In this document: positions 30,183 through 42,506 of the stretch, piece after piece
Layout of the letters: every line of letters starts with the position of its first letter
Position numbering within the stretch: the first letter of the stretch is position 1
NCBI GenBank assembly: GCA_951406725.2
Contig: OX597825.1
Coordinates: forward strand, 26,660,001-26,724,000
Reading direction: 5' to 3'
Origin: Octopus vulgaris
Taxonomy: Eukaryota
DNA length: 64,000 nucleotides
The notes under the pieces: generated by a model
The model's database searches: none
What the model saw: the letters and a program-made list of their open reading frames with translations, nothing else
Told to the model about the DNA's origin: nothing
Program-made: the position numbers and the translations under genes

Positions 30183-30915
30183 TATTGGGTTGTCCGGAAA
30201 GTTAGTGCCGATTTTAAAGGAAAGGAAAAGGTAAACATATACTTGCCATTGCATTTTAATCAACCGAAGATGAACCATTTTGTTGCACAATGGGTCTCTA
30301 TCTTTCCTTTAACTTGAAATTACTCTCTTCCCAGATTTGAGGTGGCTTCATGGCAAACAATTCATCAAGGTATATTTTTACGTCAATTGAAGTTTTTACC
30401 AGTAAAGCAATATCTGGTGAATATGGAAGGTAGGGTAACACATTCCAGCCGAGCTGCAGCAATTTTTGTCTTGTTTCCAAAGAAACGTGCCCTATCTTGC
30501 ATTATCATGTTGAAAAACATCACCCTTCTGGGCGTTTCTCTTGAATTGCTGCTTTTAAATCATCCAAATGTGGGCAGAATTTCTCAGAATTAATTGTCTG
30601 GTTACTTGGGAGAAGCTCATAGTACAGAATTCCTTTCCAATCCCACCAGACACAAAGCAAAACTTTTTTTAGGGTGAAGACCCGCTTTTGGAGTGGCTAA
30701 GGGTGGCTCTGAACATTTCGGTAGATAATCCATTTCTCATCACCTGTCACAATTTGCTTTTAAAAAGGCGCGTTTATAAAGCGAAACACGGATGGAAATG
30801 CGATGCAAAAGGTTCTTCTCACTCGACTCACGTGGTACCCAAACATTGTAGCGATTTGTGTACCGAAGCTTTACCAGGTGCTCATGAACCACGGTCCATT
30901 TTATGGTTTGTGTTT
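30183..30915 (-). mobile_element. Decayed Tc1/mariner (mariner) transposon
   Basis: Minus-strand peptides WVPRESSEKN (WVPHEL motif) and LLQLGWNVLPYLPYSPDIA (YSPDLAP motif). The mariner-like terminus TA-TTGGGTTGTCCGGAAAGTT lies at 30183. Multiple frameshifts. Confidence 0.85.
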
Positions 30916-31627
30916 TTCGTTCCAAGTACCCATGTACAATATTTACAGTCAACAGGTTCACTTTTATAAATCTTTCTTCTGATAAATGACTCTTATTAAT
31001 GCTCCTTGGGGACAAATATGTATCAGCTCTTATTTCAGACCCCTACTCAAGTTTATTACATATCCAAATTATGTGGTTGATTACAGAGACACAAATTCTA
31101 CATCCCCTTGGATGCCAAAATTTCCTGTAACACTTAGCATCTTGCGATTTCGTACAGCCATCTCATATAATTATTTTAATCACCACTTCAGAGGGTCAAA
31201 AATGAGACCGTCAAACCATTTTGTGGGCCATATGCCAGTTGGAGTTGCAGATTTCTGATGATTATATTCTATTTAGGCTCCTGGGCTATTTATCTTCGTC
31301 CTCTCCTTATTTATAGGACATTATCATCTTGCCCGGGACAACTCTAAGTACCAGCTGACTATAGAGGTCGTATTGTCACGATCTTTCTTGATTTCAGAAG
31401 AAGACAACTTTTCCAGTTACGATTGTCAAAGTTGCACTTTCTGAATGAACAAATTGCATTCTACTGTCTGTTGAATATTGGGTTATGTGGTTCAACTGTT
31501 TCTTTTTAATGTGGTTGATATTTGGCCCATATAATTTCAGGTCGTCGTCAAAGAAGACACGGGAAATACTTCTGGATTAATTTCTATGGCCACTATATTC
31601 TGTGAGCAGGTATATATTACATATATT

Positions 31628-31861
31628 AAGGCGGCGAGCTGGCAGAAACGTTAGCACCCCGGGCGAAATGCTTAGCGGTATTTCGTCTGCCGCTACGTTC
31701 TGAGTTCAAATTCCGCCGAGGTCAACTTTGCCTTTCATTCTTTCGGGGTCACTTAAATAAGTACCAGTTACGCACTGGGGTCGATATAGTCGACTCAATC
31801 CGTTTGTCTGTGCTTGTTTGTCTTCTCTGTGTTTAGCCCCTTGTGGGCAGTAAAGAAATAG
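31628..31861 (+). mobile_element. tRNA-derived SINE family A, full-length
   Basis: Family A sequence. The flanks ATATTACATAT and ATATTTACATAT resemble a degenerate TSD. Confidence 0.85.
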
Positions 31862-32962
31862 GCATATTTACATATGCAATGAATTAAACACTGCAGCAGG
31901 AATACTTCGTATTTTGAGTGAAGGTTGTTCTGTGGACACCTGTACCAATCAGTATTTTAGTGTCGTTGAAATAAATGGTAATTTCCTTCCGGCGGATTGT
32001 GGTTTTTGATCGCAAAAAAACTTTTCGGAAATTTGTATGCACATCATTTTGACAAGTCTAAAATCCCACTATTTCTGAACACATTTACTGAACTTATAAG
32101 AAAACTACTACTTGTCAATACTGTAAATACTTCCATAATCTATTTTTCATACAGGATTTCTATCAGAATGAAGTTCCCTTACAAATTTCTCACTAAACAC
32201 CACTTAACACATATCAAGCAGAAGTATTTTCTTTGTTCAAGATACATTTATACTAATGGAATAATTTGATTCTGGATTCAACGTTAATTTCAGTTGTTGT
32301 CTCATTTATGATATTCATTGTCGGAATTGTCGTTCAGTATCTTTCCGCTGGGAATATTTTTACAAAGAGCAGCATAAAACGGGTGGAAATTCTGGAAGAC
32401 GATAGAGAAGACAGAATTAGACGATACTATGTAAAGTACATATACGTGAGATCCAGTGTATTGTTTTCCAAGAACTCCACATCAACATGGTTACACACGC
32501 AGGCACGCACGCACAGGGATGCACACAAACACACAGTCATGTCCACACAGATACAAACATACACACACACATATATGTATATACGGCGGGTGAGAGGGAG
32601 AGGGGGAGACAGAGAGAGAGAGAGAGAGAAATAGAGAAAGGAGACTGACATACAGGCATGTATATATTAAATTCATGTATATCTGTATAAAAGCATGTGT
32701 GCATATATGCACGCATGTGTACGTGCGCTTTCAAAATGAGTATTTGTCTTCGTTTCTTTACGTATGCTTGTATGTGTGTGTCACAGGATTCTGCGTGTAC
32801 ATTAGCACAATGCTATCACGGAAAACGTCTGCTGAGTCCATTATAGTTACAATGGTCTGCAGTATATTGCCATTAAGAAATTTCTATATAACATATAAGC
32901 GAACATTGTATGATGATAGCAAACCAACAGATTATGAAACCAAACATTCAAGTAGCAATTTA

Positions 32963-33076
<114 letters not shown>

Positions 33077-33391
33077 TGTTTATATATGTACCTCAACAAG
33101 ATGGGATTCGGGAATATCACAGTGTTATGCAGGTAATACAGTTGTGTAGAAGAGTAGGATATGACTACAATGTAGTCCTTGCTTACGATTGTTGTATAAT
33201 TCGTTTGGCATTGGAACAAAAATAACATAAACTCATACTCTCATGTATCAGTAAGTACATCAATCATATATCATTAAGTGTAAACAGTTTGTATGTATGC
33301 ATGTGTGCACGCGTGAGAGATAAATATTGTGTGAATGTGTAGATGCACACAAATGTATGTATAGATGTATATATATATATATATATATATA

Positions 33392-33494
33392 TAAAGTTAA
33401 TCAAAACAAGAAAACAAAAACGAAAAAACAACAACCCAAGGACGTGGAACAAATAAAGTATTATTGGACGCTCAGGAAAGAAGGGAAGAAGGAG

Positions 33495-33495
<1 letters not shown>
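33392..33495 (-). mobile_element. Truncated 3' tail of the 18120-18342 element family inside (TA)n
   Basis: Reverse complement of about 18232-18342, with (TA)n on both sides. Confidence 0.7.
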
Positions 33496-33560
<65 letters not shown>

Positions 33561-34097
33561 ATAAATATACATATATATATATACACAAGTATATATGTGA
33601 ACACGTAATTCATTATTAGAAAATTAAAATGCAATTTTCGCTTGTCACAAATATCACTTTGTCTTAATAGCTCAGTATGAAAACTCTATAGAAATTTATT
33701 CCTTATTTCGAATCGAACAGTACCTCTGAACTTGCATGATGTTATAACTGTCGGTTTCTTAATGTTTCCATACATTCAATACGCAAACCGTGGGTGGTAA
33801 GTCTCTTAAGTAAAAAATAAGCAGCTAAATTTGATGTCTTTTATTGTTAATCCTTCGCACTTTTTTTTCTTCGGTATTTATCGTAGTTTCCATTTGTTTC
33901 ACATAATTAGTTATGGGGATTGTGAAGGATGCATTGAAGGAATTAGGAATGGATGAAGACGTAGGAGGTGAGAAGGGACAATCGGGTATAAATGGTATCA
34001 TTTATATATGTGCGTATTATCGTTGTTGGGATACCTTTGCATTTAGAAAGATACGGAGACAATATATATGATTTGAACAGTATTCATATCATAATGG

Positions 34098-34397
34098 TGG
34101 AGGTACATGGCCTAGTGATTAGAGCAGCGGACTCGTGGTCGGGAGATCGCGGGTTCGAATCTTAGACCGGGCGATGTGCGTGTTTATGAGTTAAACACCT
34201 AAGCTCCACGCGGCTCCGGCAGAAGGTAATGGCGAAATTCTGCTGACTCCTTCGCCACAACTTTCTCTCACACTTTCCTCCTGGATCTTGCAGCACACCT
34301 GCGACGGACCGGCGTCCCGTCCAGGTGAAGAACCTATACGCCATGGAAACCGGGAAACCGGCCCTTATGAGCCAGACATGGCTCGAAAAGGAACAAA
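34098..34397 (+). mobile_element. tRNA-derived SINE (family C/D) with a 13-bp target-site duplication
   Basis: A-box TGGCCTAGTGA and B-box GGTTCGAATC. CATATCATAATGG occurs at 34085-34097 and 34398-34410. Confidence 0.88.
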
Positions 34398-35764
34398 CAT
34401 ATCATAATGGATGGAACTGGAACGGAATATATTTTCATCCTTCGCCATATTACACTTCAAAACAGGAAATTGTGAATGCTAATTTCTGTTGGTTGTCTAT
34501 TTAATCACAACTATTCCCAGTGTCCGCTATTTCAAAAGCTTCTAGTAAATCTTCAAAGTTTTCTAACGTTAGAACGAATGTCGAATATCCATTTAACATG
34601 TAACTTGGTGAAACGATACAGACCGCATTAATATCAGAATTTTTATCGAACTCGGATTGTTACGAATATCAAAGTCATTCCCGTTTGAATTTGAACGTAA
34701 AGCGTTAATATATAATTAAAAAAGACTAATAGTTTAATTCGGTTTTCTTTTCCTGCTCTATAGAAAAATATTAATCGGAAATATTAATTTCCTATCTCGA
34801 TGTTTCTTTTTACGTTCTTCAAAGTGGTTCCATAAATATATGATATACAATTGAGACTTAATTGGTGTTAATATTAGATGTTTGACTGTTGCAAACAAAT
34901 TAATTTAAATTAGTTTACATAGGCCCTTTGCAGAAATAGGTTTTGTGTGCAGATTTTAATAAATATTATGTAGTTATAATTTTCCCATTCCATTATAAAC
35001 AAAGAGGAGATTATAAGATTTCTTTTGAAATGTGTAATATGCGTAAACTTTATTACGCGAAACATCTAAGATTTATTTCTTTGAAGATGAAAAAGTTACA
35101 CACACACACACATACACGCACACACACACACATGTATGTATGTATGTATGTATGTATGCATGCATGTATGCATGTATTATGTATGTGCGTATGTATGTAT
35201 GTATTCGAAAGCTCGTAGGACAGAAATTCTACTGGAACTAACATAAAACAGAATAAGACACGAGATCAAAGTATAGAATCAAAGTTGTTTATTTAATGAA
35301 AACTGTTTTTATGTAGAATATAAAGAAGGAAAATTATATATGACTGAAAATATATATAAATAAAACTTCTTTCTTAGAGATGCAAATTTCAGAACATGAA
35401 AGAATTGATATTATATGGAGACCTAGATACGTAACATGTAAGATAACGACGTGTGAGATATCTTTATGAGCAGTTATAGTACATGACACTATTTAGAGAA
35501 TAACTGACACAAACATTGTTCATACAATAAAGAACAAACGTCCACACACTGCTGCATATATATGTTATGGATCAACGTATGTGGGAATAAGAGTGCGATT
35601 GCACCCGTTAAAGTATCATGTGATGAATGTCTCACATGATAGTTTACAATCGGCAGCCGGAAATGGCTCGAAGCAGAGGAAGGGAAAATAAAATATTATT
35701 AATAGGTTTGAGTAGATATATATGCATATGTGTGTGTGTGTGTGCGTGCCTGTGTGTGTGTGTT

Positions 35765-35795
<31 letters not shown>

Positions 35796-36195
35796 TTGTG
35801 TGTGTGCGTGTCTACATCATAAAAAAGGGAGAGGGGTTTGATATTGAACAAGTTTTCTTAACGCTAAGAGCATATCCTGCGAAACATCTTCACCGATCGA
35901 ATATCGAGAATTTGAAATATATTTCGAAAATATCACCGACAGCTCCGACGTTAGTCTCTGATTCGCTCAAGTTGGAATACTAATACAGGGTTTTAAACGC
36001 TGGTTGCATTGGTACATACATTTCTAAGCATGCAGCAGCATTACTACAGAGATCTAATTATTAATTGGCTTGAATACCTCTTTGGGGACACAGTAAGATG
36101 AAATATACCTATGTTCACTTTGACACGTAGATAGTATGTTGCAATTTTTGAATTCATGGCATGTACTAACTTATGCACGTATATATGTATCACTT

Positions 36196-36790
36196 ACCTG
36201 GATCACTTACCGCAGTCACATCCATCTCCACGAGCGCTTCCACCAGCGATGTTTCCGCACCATCCTCAACAATCACTGGAGTGACTTCGTCACAAAAAAA
36301 ATGTCTTGGAGCGATCCGAGATGCCCAGCATTGAACCCACACTACTGAAGTACCACCTCTGATTGGCAGGGCATGTCTCCAGAATGGAGAACCATCGCCT
36401 TCCAAAGATTGCCCTGTTTGGCGAACTCTCCACCGGCCACCGTGGGAGAGGAGCTCCGAGGAAGCGCTACAAAGACTGCCTCAAGAAGTCTTTAACAGTA
36501 TGTCAAATTAACCACCAATGCTAGACAGATCTGGCTGCGGACCGTGATGTCTAGCGCCACACAATCTTCAACGCAGTCAGCAAGTTTGAGGAACAAAGAT
36601 GAGACACACTTAAAGACAAGAGACGCAGGAGGAAGGCGCGAGCCGCATCTGACACCACACAGGATGTTACCTTCGTCTGTGGACACTGCGCACGGACCTG
36701 CCTTTCCTTTATTGGACTTGTCAGTCATGAGCGTGCATGCACGCGACATGGACAGCCTTCCTGATCTTCGTTCGCGAAGCCAAGCCATGC
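36196..36790 (+). mobile_element. 5'-truncated RTE-clade LINE (ORF2 C-terminus, frameshifted)
   Basis: Peptides TWITYRSHIHLHERFHQRCFRTIL, AGHVSRMENHRLPKIALFGELSTGHRGRGAPRKRYKDCLK and a terminal C2H2-like FVCGHCARTC...GLVSHERAC, all typical of RTE ORF2. GC-rich relative to flanks. Confidence 0.88.
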
Positions 36791-36834
<44 letters not shown>

Positions 36835-37019
36835 ACTGAAAAATACCCTTTCGGCCTGTTATCGCTTCTGAAGATCTGTTCAAAACTAACAGTGTTAGCA
36901 AATTCAAATATGCAAACGAAGAATTTCTGCTCTCCCCTTTCCACCAGCGTGGGTTAAAATCAGCAAACACTATGCTTTTTTCGGTAAAATCCGAGGCATT
37001 ATATAGAGAGAGATGAATT

Positions 37020-37565
37020 ATAATTTCAACAATTGAGGGTAAAATTAATTAATTAATCAATTTCACCAAGTATTCAGTATACAAAGGGACCATTTAAGGC
37101 GAATGCAAATTATTACATTATATAAAAGGGCTTAGTAAAATAAATTACTTTGCCGCATACTGAACTCATTAGAAATAGCAGCTAAAAAAACTTTTTTAAA
37201 ACTATCTCCAATACTTAAAGAAAATCTCTCTCATATAGTGTTTGCTCAATTCAACTCACGAAAGTATGAGGGTAGAGACATTAAAAAAATCAAATGCAAA
37301 GGTTATTTGAGAACGTACGTTTCAAGATTAGTCAAAATCGACACTTCTATCATCAGCTCAGAACTCCCTGGTTTGGATTTGAAAAAATAGTGTTTGCTCA
37401 ATTCAACTCACGAAAGTATGAGGGTAGAGACATTAAAAAATTTATTTTACTAAGCCCTTTTATATAATGTAACAATTTGAATTCGCCTTAAATGGTCCCT
37501 TTGTATACTGAATACTTGGTGAAATTGATTAATTAATTAATTTTACCCTCAATTGTTGAAATTAT
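37020..37565. mobile_element. Fold-back element with inverted arms, an internal 54-bp direct repeat and a canonical HHR
   Basis: 37020-37146 is inverted at 37439-37565. The direct repeat lies at 37235-37288 and 37387-37440. The right end abuts (TA)n. Confidence 0.8.
37308..37360 (-). ncRNA. Type I hammerhead ribozyme (canonical core)
   Basis: Minus strand: TGAG-CTGATGA-T[AGA...GTC..GAC..TCT]T-GAAA-CGTACG-TT-CTCA. Stem I is TGAG/CTCA, stem III is palindromic, and the cleavage triplet is GUU. Confidence 0.8.
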
Positions 37566-38011
37566 ATATATATATATATATATATATAATACAAAATGGG
37601 ACAAGAACGCAAAACATCCGGACAACTAGGTGATACAAAAAGGGACAATAAAACATCCAGATAGACGATACAAAAAAAAAGGACGGCTCATTCGAATTTT
37701 CCTATCCTCATTCAAGAACCGGATCATTCTCGCAATTTCGGCTGATTAATTTTGCGATTTCTCCAATCTGGCCAGCACCAAGGAAACACTAAGCTAAGAA
37801 CATTAGTTCCTTGGAGGAAAGCATCGGATGTATACGAAAACAAGGACGTAAAGCAGACGATGTCACACAAATATAAATACAAAATACAATGAAAAATAAT
37901 AGAGAATAAGACCATTATTTAAAATAACGATCATATAAAGTGGCCAATATGACATGAGAAATTTATAGGTAGTAATTAATGTAAATATATAATTGTTTAG
38001 ATATGATTATA

Positions 38012-38164
38012 AGAAGGGCACTGCAAAAGTATCAACATACCAGACTATAGTTATCAAAAGTGACTCTAAAATCACATGAAATACTCCAGTACATGATGTG
38101 ACTTTAGAGTCATATTTGACATCTATCTCTAGCATGGTGGTACTTGTCCAGTACCCTCATTATA
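38012..38164. repeat. Degenerate hairpin (inverted repeat)
   Basis: TGACTCTAAAATCACAT / ATGTGACTTTAGAGTCA inner stem, with an imperfect outer AGGGCACTG / CAGTACCCT pairing. Confidence 0.55.
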
Positions 38165-38198
38165 AATATTTTTATATAATTATATATCTGTGTATATG

Positions 38199-38317
<119 letters not shown>

Positions 38318-38444
38318 TAAAGAATTCCAACCTTGTCTGATTTTCACGTTTTATTTACAATCTTATAATGATATATTATAAGATAATATATTATAATTGA
38401 ATAAAATAAAATGAAATAGTAGAATGTTAAATATTCATTCTGAT

Positions 38445-38489
38445 TGAACTAGTACTTTCATGCATTGAATTCTGCAATCTTCGGGTTCA
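38445..38489 (-). ncRNA. Minimal type I hammerhead ribozyme in the left (inverted) pLTR
   Basis: Exact reverse complement of 43001-43045. Confidence 0.65.
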
Positions 38490-38983
38490 TGTAGTAGTGT
38501 TGACAGTCATGCTTCACAATTTTTGACTGTAGCAAGATGAGTGATTCTGTGCTATAAATACAGCTGGGTAGGCTCCAGAGTGCTAGGTTTTGCAAACTGT
38601 ATTCTGACCAATCAGTGTGTAGTATCACTCAATTACTTAAGCTGATTGGTTGGTTGAGCTGATTGGTTTAGGCATCACGCTTTGTTGGACAGGTCAAGAG
38701 TCCTGTATCTTGACCCTGGCCGAAGCAGCAATTGTTGGGTTATTTTTAGAAATGTTGTAAATATCCTTTGTCAGAGATTTTTATATTTTTATATTTCAAT
38801 TGTCATCATCATCATTGTCAGCACCTTAATTATTGTTGCTAGTGGTGATGGTGGTGGCAATAGAACTTTTAACCCTAAATAAGATAATTTTCCTGCTATC
38901 TTCGTCTTGATCACCTTTAGTATTGTTGTTGTTGTTAGTGGTCATGGTCGTAGCAGTGGAAGTAATACCTCTAAGTATTATTA

Positions 38984-39764
38984 TTATTGCTTATTTAGCT
39001 TGGGTTCGAATTTATCAATAAAATTCTTTTCTCTGATTTTCCTCTCGATTTCACTTGGGCTGTGTAATTTGTAGAATGGAAATATTATATATATTTTCCG
39101 ACCACATGTTGCTAGGTGGTTACTCAAAGGTATCTGACGGACCTCTGGGTCTCTAATCTGTTGCCGGTGTACACGTGAGCGTTCTAATAGTGCGTTTCCC
39201 GTCTGACCTACATATATTTCTTCACAATTTGGGCATTTGATGCAGTAAATTAAATTTCTGCTTTTGCAGTTCATATTCGCGTTTGTGAATATTTTCCCGG
39301 TTTTTGTGTTTATATATTGACCGGTATGTATGAATTGGCATGTGCCACATCGGCTATCATTTCATTTAGATATCGTGAATGTTTGGTCTTTGTTGCTGAG
39401 GTCAAATTTTGCCTTTGTTAGTAATGTTTTCAAGTTTTTAGGCTGTCTTTTACTAAGCACCATAGCTCGATCCTTGATTATGTCTTTTAATTCATTACTT
39501 TGGGCAATGATTGGTAGGTTTGCTTTGGCAATGTTGAAGATATTCTGGTGACATGGGTTGTGTGTCACTATGAATGGTATGACTTGTTCTTGTTTTCCTC
39601 TTCCTTGGGTTGTCCTAAGTTGTTGTATAGGTATTTTTATAGCCCGCTGTATGCCATTTTCTATAAGTAGAGATGGGTATTTTTGTTTGAGCAAAAATTC
39701 TCTTAGTTCTATTAGGCGTTTGTTCCTGATATTTGCATCTTCTACAATAGTACAAATTCTTCTG
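38984..39764 (-). pseudogene. Inverted duplicate of the PLE ORF 3' end (thumb, linker, GIY-YIG) with a TGC>TGA stop at 39362-39364
   Basis: ORFs 39362-39694 and 38984-39274 match the C-terminus of 40596-42506, apart from V>I and the stop. Confidence 0.9.
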
Positions 39765-39771
39765 CATTAGG

Positions 39772-40272
39772 GTGTTTGCATATACAAAATGGGAAGAGTT
39801 TCCCCACGAATCGAAGACGAACTACGGTAAGAACTCTTCCCATTTTGTATGCAAACACCCTAATGCACACAACATGAACAAAAAGCACAAACAAAATAGA
39901 TATTGTTTTGAACAGACCATTAGCAGTAGAAATAACAGGAGATCATTTTCAAGACCTCAACAGAGATTACCCACAAGAAACTGGACAAAAAACCGATCTA
40001 GATCTAGAAGTAAACCCAGATCATTTCTCCAGGTGGTTAAAAACAATGCTAACAAGAAATTGAAAAGTAGCATACATAATACCAAAAACAAGACAGAAAA
40101 CATAACGAAACCAAGTAAAGTACCACAACCAAAACGCAAAATTCATCAAGCAAACATCAACAGGAATATAAATCATAACCAGAAAAAAATCCATTTTTTT
40201 ACGTCAGGACAACAAACACCGGAGAAAGAAAAAATCCAAGAGGAAACATACCCCAAACAACTGAACGTATAG
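39772..40272 (+). CDS. Basic, Asn/Lys/Arg-rich upstream ORF (or N-terminal extension) of the PLE, 5'-truncated
   Basis: 166 codons open in AT-rich DNA, including RSRSRSKPRSFLQVVK. It overlaps the RT frame (open from 40179) in the -1 relationship. The first about 20 codons come from the fold-back junction. Confidence 0.55.
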   Translation: MFAYTKWEEFPHESKTNYGKNSSHFVCKHPNAHNMNKKHKQNRYCFEQTISSRNNRRSFSRPQQRLPTRNWTKNRSRSRSKPRSFLQVVKNNANKKLKSSIHNTKNKTENITKPSKVPQPKRKIHQANINRNINHNQKKIHFFTSGQQTPEKEKIQEETYPKQLNV

Positions 40273-40595
40273 ATCCTAAAATAATTAATTTATCAAAAAG
40301 AGATCTTGACAATGATGAAATCCAACTTCTGTCAAAAGGACTGAAATTCACACCTACACCAACAGCCAACCACCAAGAATTAAAGGAGGATATCCAAAAA
40401 TTCTGTCGAAAATTACGACTTGTAGAATTCTTCGCTAACAAAAGTAATGAGATTGATGAATCCCTAGTAAGGAATAAATCAAATTTCACCCCACCAAAAG
40501 GAAGAAATAACTACCTTGACCAATACATTGATATCCTGTCTAAATTTCCCCTTAGACGCAATACCAATGTTAGGCCAAACATTAGCAAATCAGAG

Positions 40596-42506
40596 ATGTC
40601 TGCATGTAAACGTATACAAAACGATCAAACAATAATAATTAAACAAGCAGATAAAAGTGGTGCAATTGTTATTATGGATACCGAATACTATAAGGATTTG
40701 GTTGAAGACCAACTGAAGGATACAACCTTCTATTGTGAAATACCCGCAAATATAGACCACCACATCATGAAAAAGATCAACAACCTGATTTCAACACACC
40801 ACAACTCACTTACGGATAATGAAAAAGACTACATCACCAATTTTGAACCAAAACCCAGCAACTTCTACGGCTTACCAAAAATACACAAATCAAAAAACAT
40901 TCAACAGGCAGTAAAAGAACAAGAAAGTGAGTACATAAAATTATTACATCCAAAAGACCTAAAACTTAGACCTATTATAGCTGGTCCAGCATGCCCTACA
41001 CACCGTCTAAGCAATTTTATTGACATTGTTTTGAAACCACTATGTACTTACATACCAAGTTTCATCAGGGATGACATCGACTTCCTGTCCCATCTTCCCA
41101 AAACAACAGAAACAAATTCAGTTTTACTAAGTTTTGATGTGGTAAGCCTCTACACCAATATTCCACACGATTTAGGAATAAAGGCGATTAAATACTGGTT
41201 AGAAAAACATAGAGAAGTGATTCCCAGCAGATTAACAGTGCCATTTATATTAGACACAGTCAAACTTATTCTAGAAAATAACACATTCTTCTTCAATGGA
41301 AAGAATTACATCCAAATTAGAGGCACGGCGATGGGAACGAGGTTTGCTCCCGTTTACGCCAACTCTGTAATGGGATACTTAGAAGAACAACTCTACCAAG
41401 AGGTGGAGGTAAACTATGGCACTGGATTTAGAAAGTATATTGAAAAGGCATGGAAGAGATACCTAGACGACTGTTTCATAATCTGGACAGAATCTCTAAA
41501 TACTCTGGAAGAGTTCAATATCCTCCTGAACAACCTACACCCATCTCTCAAATTTACAAAGGAGATGAGTAGTACCAAATTACCATTCCTGGATATAATG
41601 GTAATTAAAAAAGACACCACCATCACCACAGATATATACTATAAACACACAGACACACATCAATACCTAAATTTTAAGTCGTGCCATCCACCACATACAA
41701 AACGTAACATCCCATACTGCCTAGCCAGAAGAATTTGTACTATTGTAGAAGATGCAAATATCAGGAACAAACGCCTAATAGAACTAAGAGAATTTTTGCT
41801 CAAACAAAAATACCCATCTCTACTTATAGAAAATGGCATACAGCGGGCTATAAAAATACCTATACAACAACTTAGGACAACCCAAGGAAGAGGAAAACAA
41901 GAACAAGTCATACCATTCATAGTGACACACAACCCATGTCACCAGAATATCTTCAACATTGCCAAAGCAAACCTACCAATCATTGCCCAAAGTAATGAAT
42001 TAAAAGACATAATCAAGGATCGAGCTATGGTGCTTAGTAAAAGACAGCCTAAAAACTTGAAAACATTACTAACAAAGGCAAAATTTGACCTCAGCAACAA
42101 AGACCAAACATTCACGGTATCTAAATGCAATGATAGCCGATGTGGCACATGCCAATTCATACATACCGGTCAATATATAAACACAAAAACCGGGAAAATA
42201 TTCACAAACGCGAATATGAACTGCAAAAGCAGAAATTTAATTTACTGCATCAAATGCCCAAATTGTGAAGAAATATATGTAGGTCAGACGGGAAACGCAC
42301 TATTAGAACGCTCACGTGTACACCGGCAACAGATTAGAGACCCAGAGGTCCGTCAGATACCTTTGAGTAACCACCTAGCAACATGTGGTCGGAAAATATA
42401 TATAATATTTCCATTCTACAAATTACACAGCCCAAGTGAAATCGAGAGGAAAATCAGAGAAAAGAATTTTATTGATAAATTCGAACCCAAGCTAAATAAG
42501 CAATAA
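40596..42506 (+). CDS. Penelope-like reverse transcriptase with GIY-YIG endonuclease (Neptune-type)
   Basis: Motifs ADKSGAIV, FYGLPKIHK, LRPII, FDVVSLYTNIP, GTAMGTRFAPVYAN, RYLDD, LPFLD, CHPPH, linker CxxxxCxxC and NLIYCIKC..C..IYVGQT. The frame is open from 40179 and includes the conserved PLE N-terminal IINLS...E..LLSKGLKFTP at 40281, so the real protein extends upstream of this ATG. Confidence 0.95.
   Translation: MSACKRIQNDQTIIIKQADKSGAIVIMDTEYYKDLVEDQLKDTTFYCEIPANIDHHIMKKINNLISTHHNSLTDNEKDYITNFEPKPSNFYGLPKIHKSKNIQQAVKEQESEYIKLLHPKDLKLRPIIAGPACPTHRLSNFIDIVLKPLCTYIPSFIRDDIDFLSHLPKTTETNSVLLSFDVVSLYTNIPHDLGIKAIKYWLEKHREVIPSRLTVPFILDTVKLILENNTFFFNGKNYIQIRGTAMGTRFAPVYANSVMGYLEEQLYQEVEVNYGTGFRKYIEKAWKRYLDDCFIIWTESLNTLEEFNILLNNLHPSLKFTKEMSSTKLPFLDIMVIKKDTTITTDIYYKHTDTHQYLNFKSCHPPHTKRNIPYCLARRICTIVEDANIRNKRLIELREFLLKQKYPSLLIENGIQRAIKIPIQQLRTTQGRGKQEQVIPFIVTHNPCHQNIFNIAKANLPIIAQSNELKDIIKDRAMVLSKRQPKNLKTLLTKAKFDLSNKDQTFTVSKCNDSRCGTCQFIHTGQYINTKTGKIFTNANMNCKSRNLIYCIKCPNCEEIYVGQTGNALLERSRVHRQQIRDPEVRQIPLSNHLATCGRKIYIIFPFYKLHSPSEIERKIREKNFIDKFEPKLNKQ

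Noticed and set aside
37235-37440. CRISPR-like direct repeats
   Set aside because: Only two 54-bp copies, in a eukaryotic context with no cas genes. They are explained by the HHR element.
37590-37915. TA-adjacent element with an ATGAGGA...GAAT HHR-like trace on the minus strand
   Set aside because: The core is too degenerate to call from a single copy.
39362-39364. TGA at a linker Cys position as selenocysteine recoding
   Set aside because: It is only in the deleted inverted arm. The coding arm has TGC (42126-42128) and no SECIS was identified, so a point mutation is simpler.
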